Notes under the pieces: generated by a model | What the model saw: the letters and a program-made list of their open reading frames with translations, nothing else | Told to the model about the DNA's origin: nothing | Database searches by the model: none | Shown: piece after piece, positions 23,242 through 39,019 of the stretch | Layout of the letters: the number at the start of each line of letters is the position of its first letter | Position numbering within the stretch: the stretch's first letter is position 1 | Origin: Eledone cirrhosa | Taxonomy: Eukaryota | Reading direction: 5' to 3' | DNA length: 64,000 nt | Assembly (NCBI GenBank): GCA_964016885.1 | Contig: OZ024741.1 | Span: 336,536,001-336,600,000, forward strand | Program-made: the position numbers and the translations under genes

Positions 23242-23580
23242 GGAGGCACATGGCTTAGTGGTTAGAGCATTGGCCTTGCAATCGAAAGGTTGTGAGTTCA
23301 ATTCTCAGACTGGGTGATGTGTTATTTCCTTGAGCAAGACACTTTATTTCACATTGCTCCAGTTTACTCAGCTGTAGAAATGAGATGATAGGGACTGGGG
23401 TCCCTATCATTCTACTGCAAAGTTGTCGTGGAGGTGCCACAGCAAAAAAGCACCCAGCACTCACTGTAAATGAGGTTGGTGTTAGGAAGGGCATCCAGCT
23501 GTAGAAATCAAGCCAGAATCAGTTCCCGTCCCACCCTTGCAAGCAAGGAAAAGTGGACGTAAAATGATGATGATGATGAT
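23242..23580 (+). mobile_element. Complete tRNA-derived SINE (CORE-like centre, bipartite RTE tail)
   Basis: TGGCTTAGTGG A-box, GAGTTCAATTC B-box, CCTTGAGCAAGACACTT...CAGCTGTAGAAATG core, RTE 5' UTR motif, RTE-A 3' end, (GAT)n. Confidence 0.9.
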
Positions 23581-23997
23581 GTATATATATTTATATATAT
23601 ATATATATGCATATATATCTATATCTATATATATATATATATATAGTGTGTGATGTGTGTGTGTATGTGTGTAAATAGATATGCTTATCTATCTATATAT
23701 ATGTGTAAATATATATGCATATGTATATGTAAATATATGTATATGTATATACATGTATATGTAAATATATATATATATGCATATGTATATATATAGATAT
23801 ATATGTATATGGAAATATATATATATATATCATATATATATATATGTATAGGTAAATATATATATGTATATACATATATATATATATATATAAATATATA
23901 TATATGTATGTATATGTATATATGTAAATATATACATGTATGTATATATTACATGTATATATATATATATATATATACATGTATATATATATGTATA

Positions 23998-24085
<88 letters not shown>

Positions 24086-24189
24086 GTTGTGTGTAGATGG
24101 GTCATGTATCTATGTATGCATTTCTCCATGCCTCTGTGTATATGTGGACATGTTTTCAAAATTACAAATGACTCAAGATTCCATTGACT

Positions 24190-25118
<929 letters not shown>

Positions 25119-25188
25119 GTGAGTATGTATGTAAATATATAGACATACATATATACAAACACATACACACACACACCCGTATATATAA

Positions 25189-25260
<72 letters not shown>

Positions 25261-25276
25261 TATATATATATTTATA

Positions 25277-25345
<69 letters not shown>

Positions 25346-26556
25346 ATATATGGCTTTTTTCTGTTCAATATTTTTACAGGTGCATTCACAGCCATAATTC
25401 ACATTGATATCAATATTTTTGAACATTTTTTAAAGAAATCTGAAATATAAAAAAATATTCCTATAAGTATTAATTTATGCATGTGTGTGTGACTATATAT
25501 ATATGTATATATATATATGTCTGTATGTATGTATGTGTGTATGTATATGTATGTATATGTATGTATATATATGTATATATATGTATATATATATGTATAT
25601 ATTTATATATATATATGTATATATTTATATATATATATATTATGAGAACAGATTAAAGTTTAAGCAAAGAATCGCTGCTTTCACCCTTATATATTTACAT
25701 GCCATATTGTAAAACTAGAGATAAAATAGTTATAGAAATTTAAAATATTTTGGTAAAAAGTCCTACAATGTTTTCTCTATATATAGAAGTTAATCAATGG
25801 AAATGCTGATTATTCTTTTGTTGTTGTTTTATCTTTTGTTTGTATGTTTGTTTATATGTTTATTTTATTTTGTTTTAGTTTGTTATTGTTTTTGTTTTGT
25901 TTTGTTTTATTCTGTGTTCCTCTCAGTGTAGGACATTAATCAACATATTGTGTTTTTGTTGTTCCTGAAATACATTTTAAATGTTTTGTAGTTAATTAAA
26001 TTCATCTACTGAATAAGATACAAACTATTAAACCAGTATGATATAACACTGTATTTTATTTTAAACAAATTAGCCCTCCAAAAAAATATATATATACAAA
26101 ACTACAAAAAGTCATATCAAATACTTCCATACGATAAAGTCTTGAGTTGTGTCTTAAAGGTACCCGAGTGTATTTCTGTATTCTAAATATTGCTTTTTTT
26201 AGCTCCAGGCACCCGTTTTTATTGATTATTCTTAAAACCCCTTGTGGAGTTTGGTCCAGTGAAGTCAGCTTGCCATATCGTGATGCTCAACCTAGAGATT
26301 TACTCTTCTCCCTTGTTGTACCATTCCAACAAATATTAATAACATTGCCCAAAGTTTAGTTTTACTGCAAACATTATCATAACAGTGGTTGTTGTGTGAG
26401 TGAAATTTAAGAGAGTGTATGATAAACTTTATTAACTAAATTACAGAAAGTATGTTCACTTATTGGAAATCACAATCGATTATTCCAGCTAATACTCAGA
26501 GCTACACTTCACTTTTTAGCATGCTAACATTAACTAAAGAAAGTGTATGTATATAC

Positions 26557-26587
<31 letters not shown>

Positions 26588-26767
26588 TGATAAGTGAGAT
26601 AGACTAACATTTTGGGAGGGTCTGTCTGGCTTATACTCCCATAGTTTTTTTTTCACTTGAATTTAAAATGTAATATATATATATACATATGTTTGTGTGT
26701 GTAAATGTATATATATACACACACACACTCACGTATATGTATTTATATCTATCTATCTATCTATCTA

Positions 26768-27074
26768 GTTTTATGAAAGGTGGGTGAAAGTGGCGAGAAT
26801 GGCCCAAGTGAATGGGCCTTCTCTCTATATCAGCCTGTAGGTTGAGGAAAAAGAGGAAGAGAGGAAGGGGGTACTCACTCTTCGTACTCCTGGAGATGAG
26901 GGCTGCACATTTTTGGGGGGGTATGTATTACCCATATTTAATGTCTCCCCCTATTGAGGAAAATCGATTAATTTTAAATTGCATTTGTGATAGTATTTTA
27001 CACGTTTTTATTGTATGTAAACTTCCCCCTTTGTATTTGTCCCCTTCTTTTGTGCCCTGTGGCTAATAAAGAAA
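26768..27074 (+). mobile_element. 3' end of a second Tx1 subfamily in (TATC)n
   Basis: Translates FYERWVKVARMAQVNGPSLYISL* versus FVERWVREARMARVNGPTLSIYL* in the full-length ORF2; ends TGTGGCTAATAAAGAAA. Confidence 0.88.
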
Positions 27075-27118
27075 CATATCTATCTATATATCTATATATC
27101 TATATATCTATATATCTA

Positions 27119-27161
<43 letters not shown>

Positions 27162-27796
27162 CTATTTGCAAACAGGAGGAAAGATGCCTCAATACCAACA
27201 TGATGAATATTGTATTTTTTAAAATCCTATTACTGATATTACTTTCTGTTGTGTGTGTGTGAAGAATCAGAAGTTAAGAAAAATATCAGTGCCATATAAG
27301 ATAACTTATTTTTTTGGGGGAAAAGAACTTTAAGAAATAAATGTAGACAATTTATTATCACTTAAGAGATATTACTTCATAAAGTACTACACATAAACAT
27401 GCACACAAACATATTCATATATATAAGAAAGAGTCACACTCTACTATCCCAAGTATCGAGTACTCTGTTAAATAATGATCTAGCTAGTTTAATACTGATA
27501 TATATATACATAGAGCAAGAGAGGCATATATGCGTATATACATGGATAACTATGTACATATATACACACACATATGTGTATTCATATATGAATGTGTGGT
27601 TGGGTGTGAGTGTTTGTTTAAATAATTATGTACCATGCATAATCTCTGCTGAAAATTTAATTCCATCTATATTTTCTTATTTGCTTTATCTAAAGACTCA
27701 ATAAAACACTTCTATGCACTGTTTCTGCCCTAAGAAGTTTTCATTGCAGGAGAATAATAAGTTTTTCCCTTTCTATATATTCATACAATCTTGTGA

Positions 27797-28100
27797 AGAT
27801 GCATGGCTTGGTGGTTAAGGTGATCATTTTATAATCATAGCGTTGTGTGTTTGATTCCTGGCATTGAGTTGAGTCTTTGAGCAAGACACTTTTATTTCAC
27901 ATTGCTCCAGTCCACTCAGCTGGCTAAAAGCGAGTTGTACCTCTTAGTCACTCAAAGGGCTGGCTGTGTCATTCAATATCTCAATCAAAATTACATTAAC
28001 GCTACAGGTGTATGTGGAATACTCAACCACTTGCTCATTAATTTCATGAGCAGGCTACTCCATTCTTCAAACAACTGGAACACTCACCATTAAAACTGGT
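27797..28100 (+). mobile_element. Degenerate tRNA/CORE-like SINE
   Basis: GCATGGCTTGGTGGTTAAGG head; TTTGAGCAAGACACTTTTATTTCACATTGCTCCAGTCCACTCAGCTG core. Confidence 0.75.
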
Positions 28101-28175
28101 AAAGGATCAACAACAACATTTGTATAATCTTAAGCCAAGTGAATATATATATATATATATTTATCTATCTATCTA

Positions 28176-28428
28176 TCTCTCTATATAAGCCTGTAGGTTG
28201 AGGAAAAAGAGGAAGAGAGGAAGGGAGTACTCACTCTTGGTGCTCCTGGAGATGAGGGTTGTACATTTTTTCGGGGTGTGTACAACCCCTGTGTAACACC
28301 TCCCTCCTATTGGGGATTTCAATTGTTATTTGTTGTTTTATTAATAGTTTTATTTTCATATACCTGTATGTAAACTCCCCATTTGTATTTGTCCCCTTCT
28401 TTTGTGCCCTTGTGGCTAATAAAGAAAT
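28176..28428 (+). mobile_element. Second 3' fragment of the (TATC)n-associated Tx1 subfamily
   Basis: AGCCTGTAGGTTGAGGAAAAAGAGG...TGTGGCTAATAAAGAAAT matches the 26768 copy; TATC repeats on both sides. Confidence 0.85.
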
Positions 28429-28510
28429 TTATCTATCTACATATATATATATACAGGGTGTCCCTTAAAATGTATACACATATCTATTAGAATGCATTTT
28501 TGGGGACACA

Positions 28511-28545
<35 letters not shown>

Positions 28546-28644
28546 ATAGTAAAGAAAGTCCGTCAAGAACAGTGATCAAAATAATGTGGATTTTTGTATG
28601 TTATATTTATAGAAATATATATATATAGAAATATATATATAGAA

Positions 28645-28788
<144 letters not shown>

Positions 28789-29146
28789 CTAGCCAGTATC
28801 TGGAGAATATGGGGCTCGTTTCTTAATACCGGTCGATGGCAACTTCTTTTTTCTATCTTTAAGGATCTTCATTATATTTTATAAGCTATTTTATAGCATC
28901 TCTGCACATGAGCACACCACTCTTTATATTTACTTTATCCTCTTAACACTTCGTAAAACACGCACACATACACACACACACACACACATATATGGCATCA
29001 CTGTCCAATTTATTCGATCTTCAGGTGTTCTTTTCTTGATTTACTCAACTATTATCTATTATTGTTATCATAGTCATTTACATTGGGATGGCTACATTTC
29101 AGTGTGTATGTAACTATCTCTTTCTCTCCCTATCACTCTCACTCTG

Positions 29147-29209
<63 letters not shown>

Positions 29210-30157
29210 GTGTGTGTGTGTATAGATATGTGTATGTGTATATCCATATATGAATGCAAATGTATGTTTGTGTATGTGTATATATATATATACAAACACA
29301 CACACTCATGCCAACTAGACTTACATGAACATTATCAGTCACATTTTCATTAACCTAATCTAGAGATATATTCACCAAGAATGCTCTACAACTAATTATG
29401 TAATAGTTTGGGGCTATAACCAATGTCTGTGTGAGATAAATGACGAGAAAGAATCTTCATTGTATCCAAGTAGATGTTTAAGAAACTCCTCACCTCTTCA
29501 GTCAGTGTAGAAAGCACTGCTTTTAGTGAAACCAGGATATAAACAGCTGTTGGTCACAAGTGATCAGATATGAAATAAACATAATGAACAATGGAAAATT
29601 AACCCATTCTGTTGCAATATGTCTAATGAGTGACACTGATTATGAATTTCGGATAATGTCGAAAATAATAGGAAAGAGTTGGAGTAATATAGTAATAAAA
29701 CTATCTTCCTTTCTTGTTATTAAGCTGATGTTTTGAATATAAGGAAAGAGCCCCATGAGGTGGGATGGATGATGCAGTGGGCGTTGCTGGCCAATGCCCA
29801 TGGTAATGCCTTTGCCATTTTGTCCATGGGGTACAACCAAAACAGCATTCTGACTTGATGTAGAGTCTGTCATCCTCTCTTCTTGTCCCTTTGTGTCTTT
29901 CGTGGGTACATTTATCTTAATTTGTCTAATTAGGGCCAGTGCTCTACAACTAGTTAGGCAGTAGTTGAAGCTATGGTTATTTTATATGTGAAATAGATAA
30001 ACAGAAAATAAGGGTCTGGAATATACCCACACTAAAAATATATGTATATTTCTTTTATGGTAAACTTCCAAGTCATCTAAATGGGTGAACAGCTAACTAC
30101 ACACTCCTTTAGACTTTGCAGAAGAAAGACAATGGTTTTTGTGAGGCTTTCCTTTAA

Positions 30158-30378
30158 CCATTTAGCATTCACATTACTCTATATTTACTATTGTATTTTC
30201 ACAGAAAAGGTTTTATTTTACATAATTATCTCACATAATATCGAATCTGCGAGATTTTGATATTATTTATTTTGAGAACAATACCTCAACGTCAGTATGA
30301 GCTGTCAGTAACGACCAGTTTGAACAGAAAAAGGTGAGAGAATTCTGGCTGGATATGGCTGGTTTAAACACTAAAGGG
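30158..30378. mobile_element. piggyBac-like MITE
   Basis: TTAA|CCATTTAGCATT...CACTAAAGGG|TTAA; second copy at 37192. Confidence 0.78.
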
Positions 30379-30535
30379 TTAAATAACACAGACAGACATC
30401 AGGCTTTTGATAATAAAGCAGCCAGGACAAATATGAAGAAACAAATGAAGACCTTTAATATTCTATGGTTAAAATTGTCTGAACAAGGTAGTGAATGTGT
30501 ATGTATGTGTATGTATATATGTATGTGTATGTATG

Positions 30536-30650
<115 letters not shown>

Positions 30651-31359
30651 ACATATATATATATTCAGCATTATATATTTATGTGACTGAGATGTATGCA
30701 ATAAAATACTATGTAGGTATCTATATGTGTGTTTGTATGTATATATATTATACATCATGATATTTATTTATTTATCTATTTCTATGTATGTGTATATATA
30801 TATATATATTTATATACCAATGTATATATACATATACCTATGTATATGTATATATATATATATATTCATATAGCTATATATATACCAATATATATATATA
30901 TATACATGAATAAATATGTGTACTTCTGTAGGTAAGAGTGTAGAAATACATATGCATACCTGTCTCTGCATATTTTTCTTCATAAATCATTATCTCTGTG
31001 TCTTTCTCTCTCTCTCTTTCTTTCTCCTACTTTCTTTTCTCCCTCTCCCCAGCTACATCTCACACTATTAACCGCAACCTCTCTCTCTCTCTCTCTCTGT
31101 CCAGCTCTCTCTGACTCCCCCCCACCACCACCACCACATTCTATCTCTCTCTATATATATTCCCCTCTATTTCACTCTCTTTATCTCTCTCATATTTAAA
31201 CCAATTATTATTATATCCTGTCATTTGAAAATTTGCTGCAATGTTATAAAGATTTACATTATAGATATTATCAATTCTATTGCCAATTTATCAAATCCAC
31301 TCTTACTGTAATATGTGTAATTGTGTTTATGTATGGCTGTGTATGTGAATGTATATGTA

Positions 31360-31411
<52 letters not shown>

Positions 31412-31441
31412 ATATTTATATATATATATTTATATATTTGT

Positions 31442-31472
<31 letters not shown>

Positions 31473-32578
31473 ATATTTATATATATATATTTATATATTT
31501 GTATATATATATATATTTATTTATTTATATATACATTTATATATATATGTATGTATATTTATATATATATATATGTATGTATATTTATATATATATATGT
31601 ATGTATATTTATATATATATGTATATGTATATATATTTATATATATGTATATATATATATACACATATGTATCATCATCATAATCATCATCATCGTTTAA
31701 CGTCCATCTTCCACGCTAGCATGGGTTTGGACGGGAATTTTCCCACTTGAGGCAAGATTGGTTGCCTTGCTTGTATAGGACTGTCTGGCGGGTTTTCTAC
31801 GGCTGGATGCCCTTCCTAACGCCAACCACGTTTACAGTGTGGACTGGGAGGTTTTTACTGTGTTACCTACACATATATATATTTATTTATATATTCATAT
31901 ATATACATATGCATATATATTTATTTATATATTTATATATATATATATATATATTTATTTATATATTTATGTGTACATATATGAATATATATATATATGC
32001 ATGTATACATATGTATGTATAAGTATATATGCATGTATACATACATATGTATGTATAAGTATATATACATGTGTATGTATGTGTGTAGATTACTATGAAG
32101 AATTGATAGGGGTTTTGTATTAGTATTTCTGTAAAAACAATTTTATAATACTGATTTTAACAGACTTCAACAGGAAACCTTTCAATTTATCATATTCACA
32201 CACACATACACACACACAAAGACATTGAAAATGAATTTACACATAGAAACATAGATCGCAATAGAGATAGAGATTTATCACCATCATCATTATTATAATA
32301 TATAATTATATAAATATATATACATACAAGCATACATATATATATACACGTGTGCGTATGATAAATACTTATGTATCTGTTCATGTATGTATCTCTCTCT
32401 ATATATATATGTGTGTGTCTAATGTGAATATATATACATCCCCATACTAATATATAAATATATATATATATATATACTATATATATATATATACATATAT
32501 ATTATATATATATATATTATATATTTATATATATATATACTATATATATATATAAATATACAATATATATATATAATA

Positions 32579-32629
<51 letters not shown>

Positions 32630-32638
32630 ATATATATA

Positions 32639-32720
<82 letters not shown>

Positions 32721-32849
32721 CCATATATATGTATGTATATTCATATATATATGATTTCATATGTGCATATCTAAGGAAGCTCAATTTGCATTCATAAATA
32801 TTTTGTTGCATTTACACATAAAAATAAGATGTATAGAATCAGACCCATG

Positions 32850-33740
32850 TACACACATACACCCATTCAAACACACACACACTCTCACACAGATAGTGGT
32901 ACATACATATTTCTACACAAGCACCCATATACATTCAATCACTTACATGCATATTCAAACACGCATATACACACACACATATGCACCTACAGAAACATAC
33001 ATACAGACACACACACACACACTCACAGATAGATATTGGTACATAAATATTTGTATACAAACACATATATTCAAGCACATACACACACATACACATTCCC
33101 AAATGCAAACACCTACTACAGACACATACAGAAACACACGCACACACACACACACTAACACATTGATATTCACATAGGTATTATTACATAGATATTTTTA
33201 CACATGCACATTCAAACATACATAAGACACTTCAGACACATACAGATACACACACACACACTCACACATTGATAATCACATAGGTATTAGTACACAAACA
33301 CACACATACACACACATTACACACACACACTCTCACACACATTGATATTCACATAGCTATAGGTACATAGATATTTGTACACACATGCACACACACTTTG
33401 AAAAACACACCTACAAACACCTACACATACACCTACTACAAACACACACACACACATCTTGATATTCATATACATATTGTTACATAAATATTTGTACACA
33501 AACACACACCTATTACACACATACACATACATGCACACACACACATCTTGATATTCATATACATATTGGTACATAAATATTTGTACACAGACACACACAC
33601 CTATTAGAGGCACATACAGAAATACACATACACCCACACAAACTCACACATTCACACTACAGACACATACAGAAACACACACTCTCAAACATATTGATAT
33701 ACACAGTCTCACACACACATCTACTACAGAAACACACTGA
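32850..33740. repeat. CA-rich array with recurring CACATTGATATTCACATA...ACATAAATATTTGTACA units
   Basis: Recurring imperfect units interspersed with (CA)n. Confidence 0.7.
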
Positions 33741-34030
33741 CCAATACATATAAACATATGTACATACCAAAATTACTTTCAAAGGAATATTTTTAATAAG
33801 CTAGCAATATAAATGATATTATGATATTGTGAAGAAATCGTGGTAGTACTAATTTCTAAACATTGAGAATTAATATCCATGGCTTCAACAGAATTGGTAA
33901 ATCTATGAGAAGCCTTTAGTTTATGGTCTTTTTTTCTCTACAGTGTAATTCTTTTCAATGTTTTCATATATGCATTAATGCATTTATTTGTCTGAAAATT
34001 TCCATATATGTATGTATGTATGTATGTATG

Positions 34031-34374
34031 TTATCTCTTTCTCTTAATTTCGAGTATATTTTTTTGACTGGCCACCTTCCTGGTGGCAAGGTTGTAAAAG
34101 AAAAGAAATTGTCATCCCTGAATCGCAAGAATGTTTTGCAAATTTTGAAGGTGCCAGCTATCGCAGCCATTTGTAGACTATGAATTAGGGAGCTGCGCTC
34201 TTTGTCCGCAAATCCAAGTTCAGTCATACTTTGGTCCAAGCGGGTTGGTATATAACCCGTAGCTCCAAAAATGATGGGTATGAAGCTAAAGGTATATCTT
34301 GGATACTGGATTTTTAAACTCCTCATCAATGGTCCGTAGATGACCTCCCTCTCCTGTATTTTTCTGATAACGTT
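34031..34374 (-). mobile_element. 3' fragment of a restriction-like-endonuclease LINE (R4/Dong-like) in (TACA)n
   Basis: KIQEREVIYGPLMRSLKIQYPRYTFSFIPIIFGATGYIP...LQMAAIAGTFKICKTFL; (TATG)n on both sides on the + strand. Confidence 0.75.
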
Positions 34375-34570
34375 TGTATGTATGTATGTATGTATGTTCA
34401 TAATACTACACACACACATATATATACACGCACACATACATACATATGTCGATATATGTTTGTAGAAACAGAATTATATATGTATGACTATAATGCCTAC
34501 ATATATATGTATGTGTGTATGGGTAGCTGTGTATGTATGTATGTATATACATACATTCCGAACAATAATA

Positions 34571-34605
<35 letters not shown>

Positions 34606-34960
34606 GAGAGAGAGATGATGATGATGATATATATTTATAAACATATATATAAACATATATATGCATATATTATATATAAACATACATATATATATATATA
34701 TCATTAACATCATCATTGTTAGACAGGTTGTCCATGTTATGAGACAAGTCTGACCAGTTATCCACACCATACCTTGCTCAAATGGAACTGTACTTTGGCT
34801 GGGATTTTTTCAGTTGGATGCCCTTCCTAACACCAACCACATTTATGTATATATATATATATAAATCAGGATATAACCAGTTTAAAACTAGTTAGACCCT
34901 TACCCAACAGAGTACTCCATACTTGGGGTAGGAGTGTATGGCAATATTACATAGAGTTCA

Positions 34961-35045
34961 GACCCTGAGCTCTCGCTGTTTCAACAGCTAGTTCTAGATT
35001 GATAGCCAAAAGGCCTACTGGTTGACTTGCTATATCATCAGGGGT
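34961..35045 (-). ncRNA. Degenerate hammerhead motif related to the 18608 PLE family
   Basis: ACCC-CTGATGA-TATAGC...GCTGTT-GAAAC-AGC-GAGAGCTC-A-GGGT; 3' strand of stem III appears deleted. Confidence 0.5.
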
Positions 35046-35454
35046 GTAGTTTTTGCATATAAAGGTATAATGTATAATCTCTGAAATACCTCTTAGAAAT
35101 ATCACTATATAACTGAAATATCTACTGTTTTATTTAATGCTGTGACTTCTTACAGTAAAATTATACACCTCAAGTAAGTAAATTATTAATATATTATTAT
35201 CATACAGTCGTTAGGAAAGTGAGTAGTCAGCTGATTTATTTCTACTAAATTGTTGGTCAATAGTTTATTTTAGCCAATGAAACTTTGATACAACTAAGGC
35301 TATAATTTTGATATAATTTGACCTCAGAACATCAAATGAGTTAGAGCTAAGTCATAATATCTGACTTTGACATTAGCCAACACCTTTTCAACTGGGAAAC
35401 AATCAGTCTAATAGTCTCCAGTACTTCTGGTCATGACCATCCTGTCATTTTGAA

Positions 35455-35615
35455 TGAGACACCATGCTTTCCAGCATAGTTATGTCCCTTTACGATCTGA
35501 GTTCAAATCCCGCCGAGGTTGACTTTGCCTTTCATCCTTACGGGGTCGATAAAATAAAGTACCAGTAATGCACTGGGTTATTGCTGGCCTTGTGCCTAAA
35601 GTAGAAACAATTATT
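35455..35615 (+). mobile_element. tRNA-derived SINE with MetaSINE-like core
   Basis: GAGTTCAAATCCC B-box then GCCTTTCATCCTTACGGGGTCGATAAAATAAAGTACCAG; related copies at about 37650-37800, 56070-56290, 57400-57580, 58330-58660, 60010-60190 (-), 60415-60600. Confidence 0.75.
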
Positions 35616-36257
35616 TAATGTTCTTTCCTCATCCAAGTCAACAAGCTGTGATTTGCAGGAGATTTGATTATTTTTAGTAGCTCAAACAATCGTGTAAAGG
35701 CTCTCTTCTTTTGTTGTTTATATTGTCTTTTTAAATGTATCTAGGACTACATTATCTAATGTGTTTTTTCCTTATTCAAGTCAACAGGTTGCTACGCTTA
35801 GCAATTCAAACAATCATGTAAAGGCTCGCTCCTTTTGTTGTTCTTTTGCCTCAGTTTATCCCTGACTGGGCAGACTATCTTTTTAAATGAATCTAGGACT
35901 AATAGTGGTAATCCCCCCCCTATTCTACAATTTTGTTTTACAAAGCTATTTATAGAAAAACAAAATACACTATTAAAGGGAACAAAAAAAAGGGAATGAA
36001 AAGTAGAAAAAGATAAAGAATCAACAAAAGAAAGGGAGAGGGGTAGGGACAGGCACTACACACCAGTCTTCTTTTCCTCATTCAAGTCAGTGGGGTTTGA
36101 TTTCAGGTAGATTTGGTTACTGTTTCTAGTATTTCCTAAATCCATGTTGAAGCTTATTCATTGTCATATTGATATTTAGCTCTGATTGAGCATACTTAGT
36201 GATGAAAGGCATTTGAATCATGGCCCTTCATATTAATTTCAGGCATAAAGTAATGTA

Positions 36258-36453
36258 CGAGGGTTGGCTGAAAAGTTCAAAGGCTGACCAAGACACTCTC
36301 ATAGAATAACCAAGTAAGGTTTATTTTCAACATAGTCCCTGGAAAGAAACAATGCAGTTATTAATAAGAATAGCTGAAATTAAAGCATGCAAGATTTCAC
36401 AGCTCTAGCATCACTCCTTCATAGTCAGCTTATGAACTTTTAAACCCACATTT
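36258..36453. mobile_element. Mariner-derived MITE
   Basis: TA|CGAGGGTTGGCTGAAAAGTTC...GAACTTTTAAACCC imperfect TIRs; sister copy at about 52436-52625. Confidence 0.65.
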
Positions 36454-37191
36454 GTAATTAATTCTATATACATTATGTATTTGTTCTTGCTGGAGAACAT
36501 TGGGTACTATTTCTAGCAAGCTGAGAAATCAAGTAATGGTCACTCGGCTCGTTTTGGTGCTAAACTGTAGTTTTGGAGTTTTGGGTGGTAGCCAAAACAG
36601 AAGTGGGTAAGGTATTCATATCTAGTCATCTCCCTTGGTGTGAAAACCAACACATCTTTTATTTTTGACTAATTAAGTTATTAATACTATTACTATTCTT
36701 GTGCATATGTCCTTTGCCTCTTTGACTGCACTGAATCTGAATTCAAAGTGTTGTTCGAATTATCATAAGTGAGATACAGACCCTGTTGGTCTGTCTGGGA
36801 GGTCAGTAACTCTGCTTCAGTAGTGACTTGGTCAATGCAAACCCATCCAACCCTTGCTAGCAGGGAAAGTAGGCATTAAACAATGTTGATGATGATGAGG
36901 ATGATGATAGTGTTGTGGCGATGATGTTATAGATGTGACTAGGTGTTTGGAAGTGATTGAACCTGCATTAGTAGTGACTGGGTGACTTAGAACTTGCTAC
37001 AACAAAAAGCTAAGTCTTTCACTTGACCATCATCATCATCGTTTAACGTCCATTTTTCCACACTAGCATTGGCTAGACAGGTTGTCCCATTGTGAGACAA
37101 GTTTGATCAGATGACCATGTCAGGTATTCCAGTTCTGATAATATTTGACTATATCCCACCAGCCAGGTATTCCAGTTCCAATGATATTTAA

Positions 37192-37412
37192 CCCTTTAGC
37201 ATTTACATTATTCTATATTTACTATTGTATTTTCACAGAAAAGGCTTTATCTTACATAATTATCTCGTATAATATTGAATCTATGAGATTTTGATGTTAT
37301 TTATTTTGAGAATAATATCTTAACATTAGTATGAATGGTCGGTTACAACCGGTTGGAACAGAAAGAGGTGAGAGAATTCTAGCCAGATATAGCTGGTTTA
37401 AATGCTAAAGGG
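37192..37412. mobile_element. piggyBac-like MITE
   Basis: TTAA|CCCTTTAGCATTTA...TAAATGCTAAAGGG|TTAA, perfect 14-bp TIR. Confidence 0.85.
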
Positions 37413-39019
37413 TTAAATATATTCCACCAGTCAGGTATTCCATTCTACCAGATGTTTCTGTCTCTTGCTGGTATTTACACCAGTTTCTACTCAAATTAGA
37501 AGCTGTTTTACATCATTACTTTAGACTGAATTCTTCAGTATGACATTGCTGTGAATTTTGTCCAGTTTCTACATTTATCATTTTGTTGGCAGTATCAGTA
37601 GAGAGTCGGACAACCTGCTTCACAGAGCATATAATTACATACTTTTATGTTCTGAATTCAAATTCTAATAAGGTTGGCTTTACTTTTCATCCTTAAATGA
37701 TTAATAAAATAAAGTACCAGTAATGCACTGGTTGATTTAGTCGATTTCCCCTCCTTCATAATTATTGACCTTCTGCCTAAATCAGAAACCATTATTTTGT
37801 ATATTAGTTTTAATTGACAGATATCATTTTTACAGTGATTTTCATGGAAATACCCATAGTTAGGAACTGCACACATAACAAGAATCCACAGTTAAAAGAA
37901 TTAAGTGTCTGAGCATCATTTTGCTTTCTTTGTTGCCTTAAGCACATAGCTTAATGTTTAGAGCATTGGATTCACAATCGTGAGGTTGTGAGTTTGATTA
38001 TCAGACCGAGTGATGCATTGTGTTCCTGAGCAAGACACTTTATTCCATGTTGCTCCAGTTTATTCAGCTGTAGAAATGAGTTACAACGTCACTGGTGCCA
38101 AGCTGTAATGGCCTTTAGCTTTCCCATAGACAACCTCACATATAGTGTATATATAATGTATATATAGTGTGTATATAGTATATATATGTAGTTGCAATGT
38201 CACTGATGCTGTATAGGCCTTTGCATTTCTCTTGCTGGTCTTCCACAAAGAATATCTTGCCCAGACTGGGGGTCTAATCCTACGGTGAACTGATATCATG
38301 TTCAGGGGAAGTTTTGAACTTTCAGTCACTTAATTGATAAATACCAGTCTTATGAACCTCTGGGCATGAGACAGACTTTAGACTGTAGATATCTTATATT
38401 CCTGAGTATGATGGTTGTGTGATGTTCTTTATTATTGCTAGTAAAATGGGATATGGTGAGGATTAAGTCGGTTCTACTCATTATTTCATTCTTTAGAGCC
38501 TAACTTTGTAGGTGGGTAGTTGATGTAAGGTTGAATTTATTATGTATCTATCTCTTTTGTTGAAGTCACCATAATAATTTAGCTGAAGCAACATGAATTC
38601 TATATAGTGTTAATAAAATAAATTAATTCTCATATTGTGAAGAAAATTCTGAAATATTTGACGTTACAAAAGACTCGGTTTAATTAAATGACCAAATGAA
38701 AAATTATTCTGATGCAATAAACTGAATTAAAATCTCAAATCTATATAGCTAAGAAACTTGTAAGAACTGTGTGATGTCATATGAAAGTGACCTAAAATTC
38801 TTGTAAAGACCATTTACAAATTACATCCTAGAATTCATCTTCTTAAAGAATTTTAATACTTCCACTGTTAAGCATCTATCTAGAGTTAAATTTCCCATAA
38901 GTTTGCTAGTTCTTCATGTCCAATGTTGTGGTAAGAAACCCTCAAGAGAGCTGGACAGCAAACATTTTTCAGAGAAGAAACCCCACTCAAGCAAGTGTTT
39001 CATCCCTTAATTTATCAAT

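Noticed and set aside
23242-23315. tRNA-like sequence
   Set aside because: No proper acceptor stem and always followed by the SINE body; it is a SINE head.
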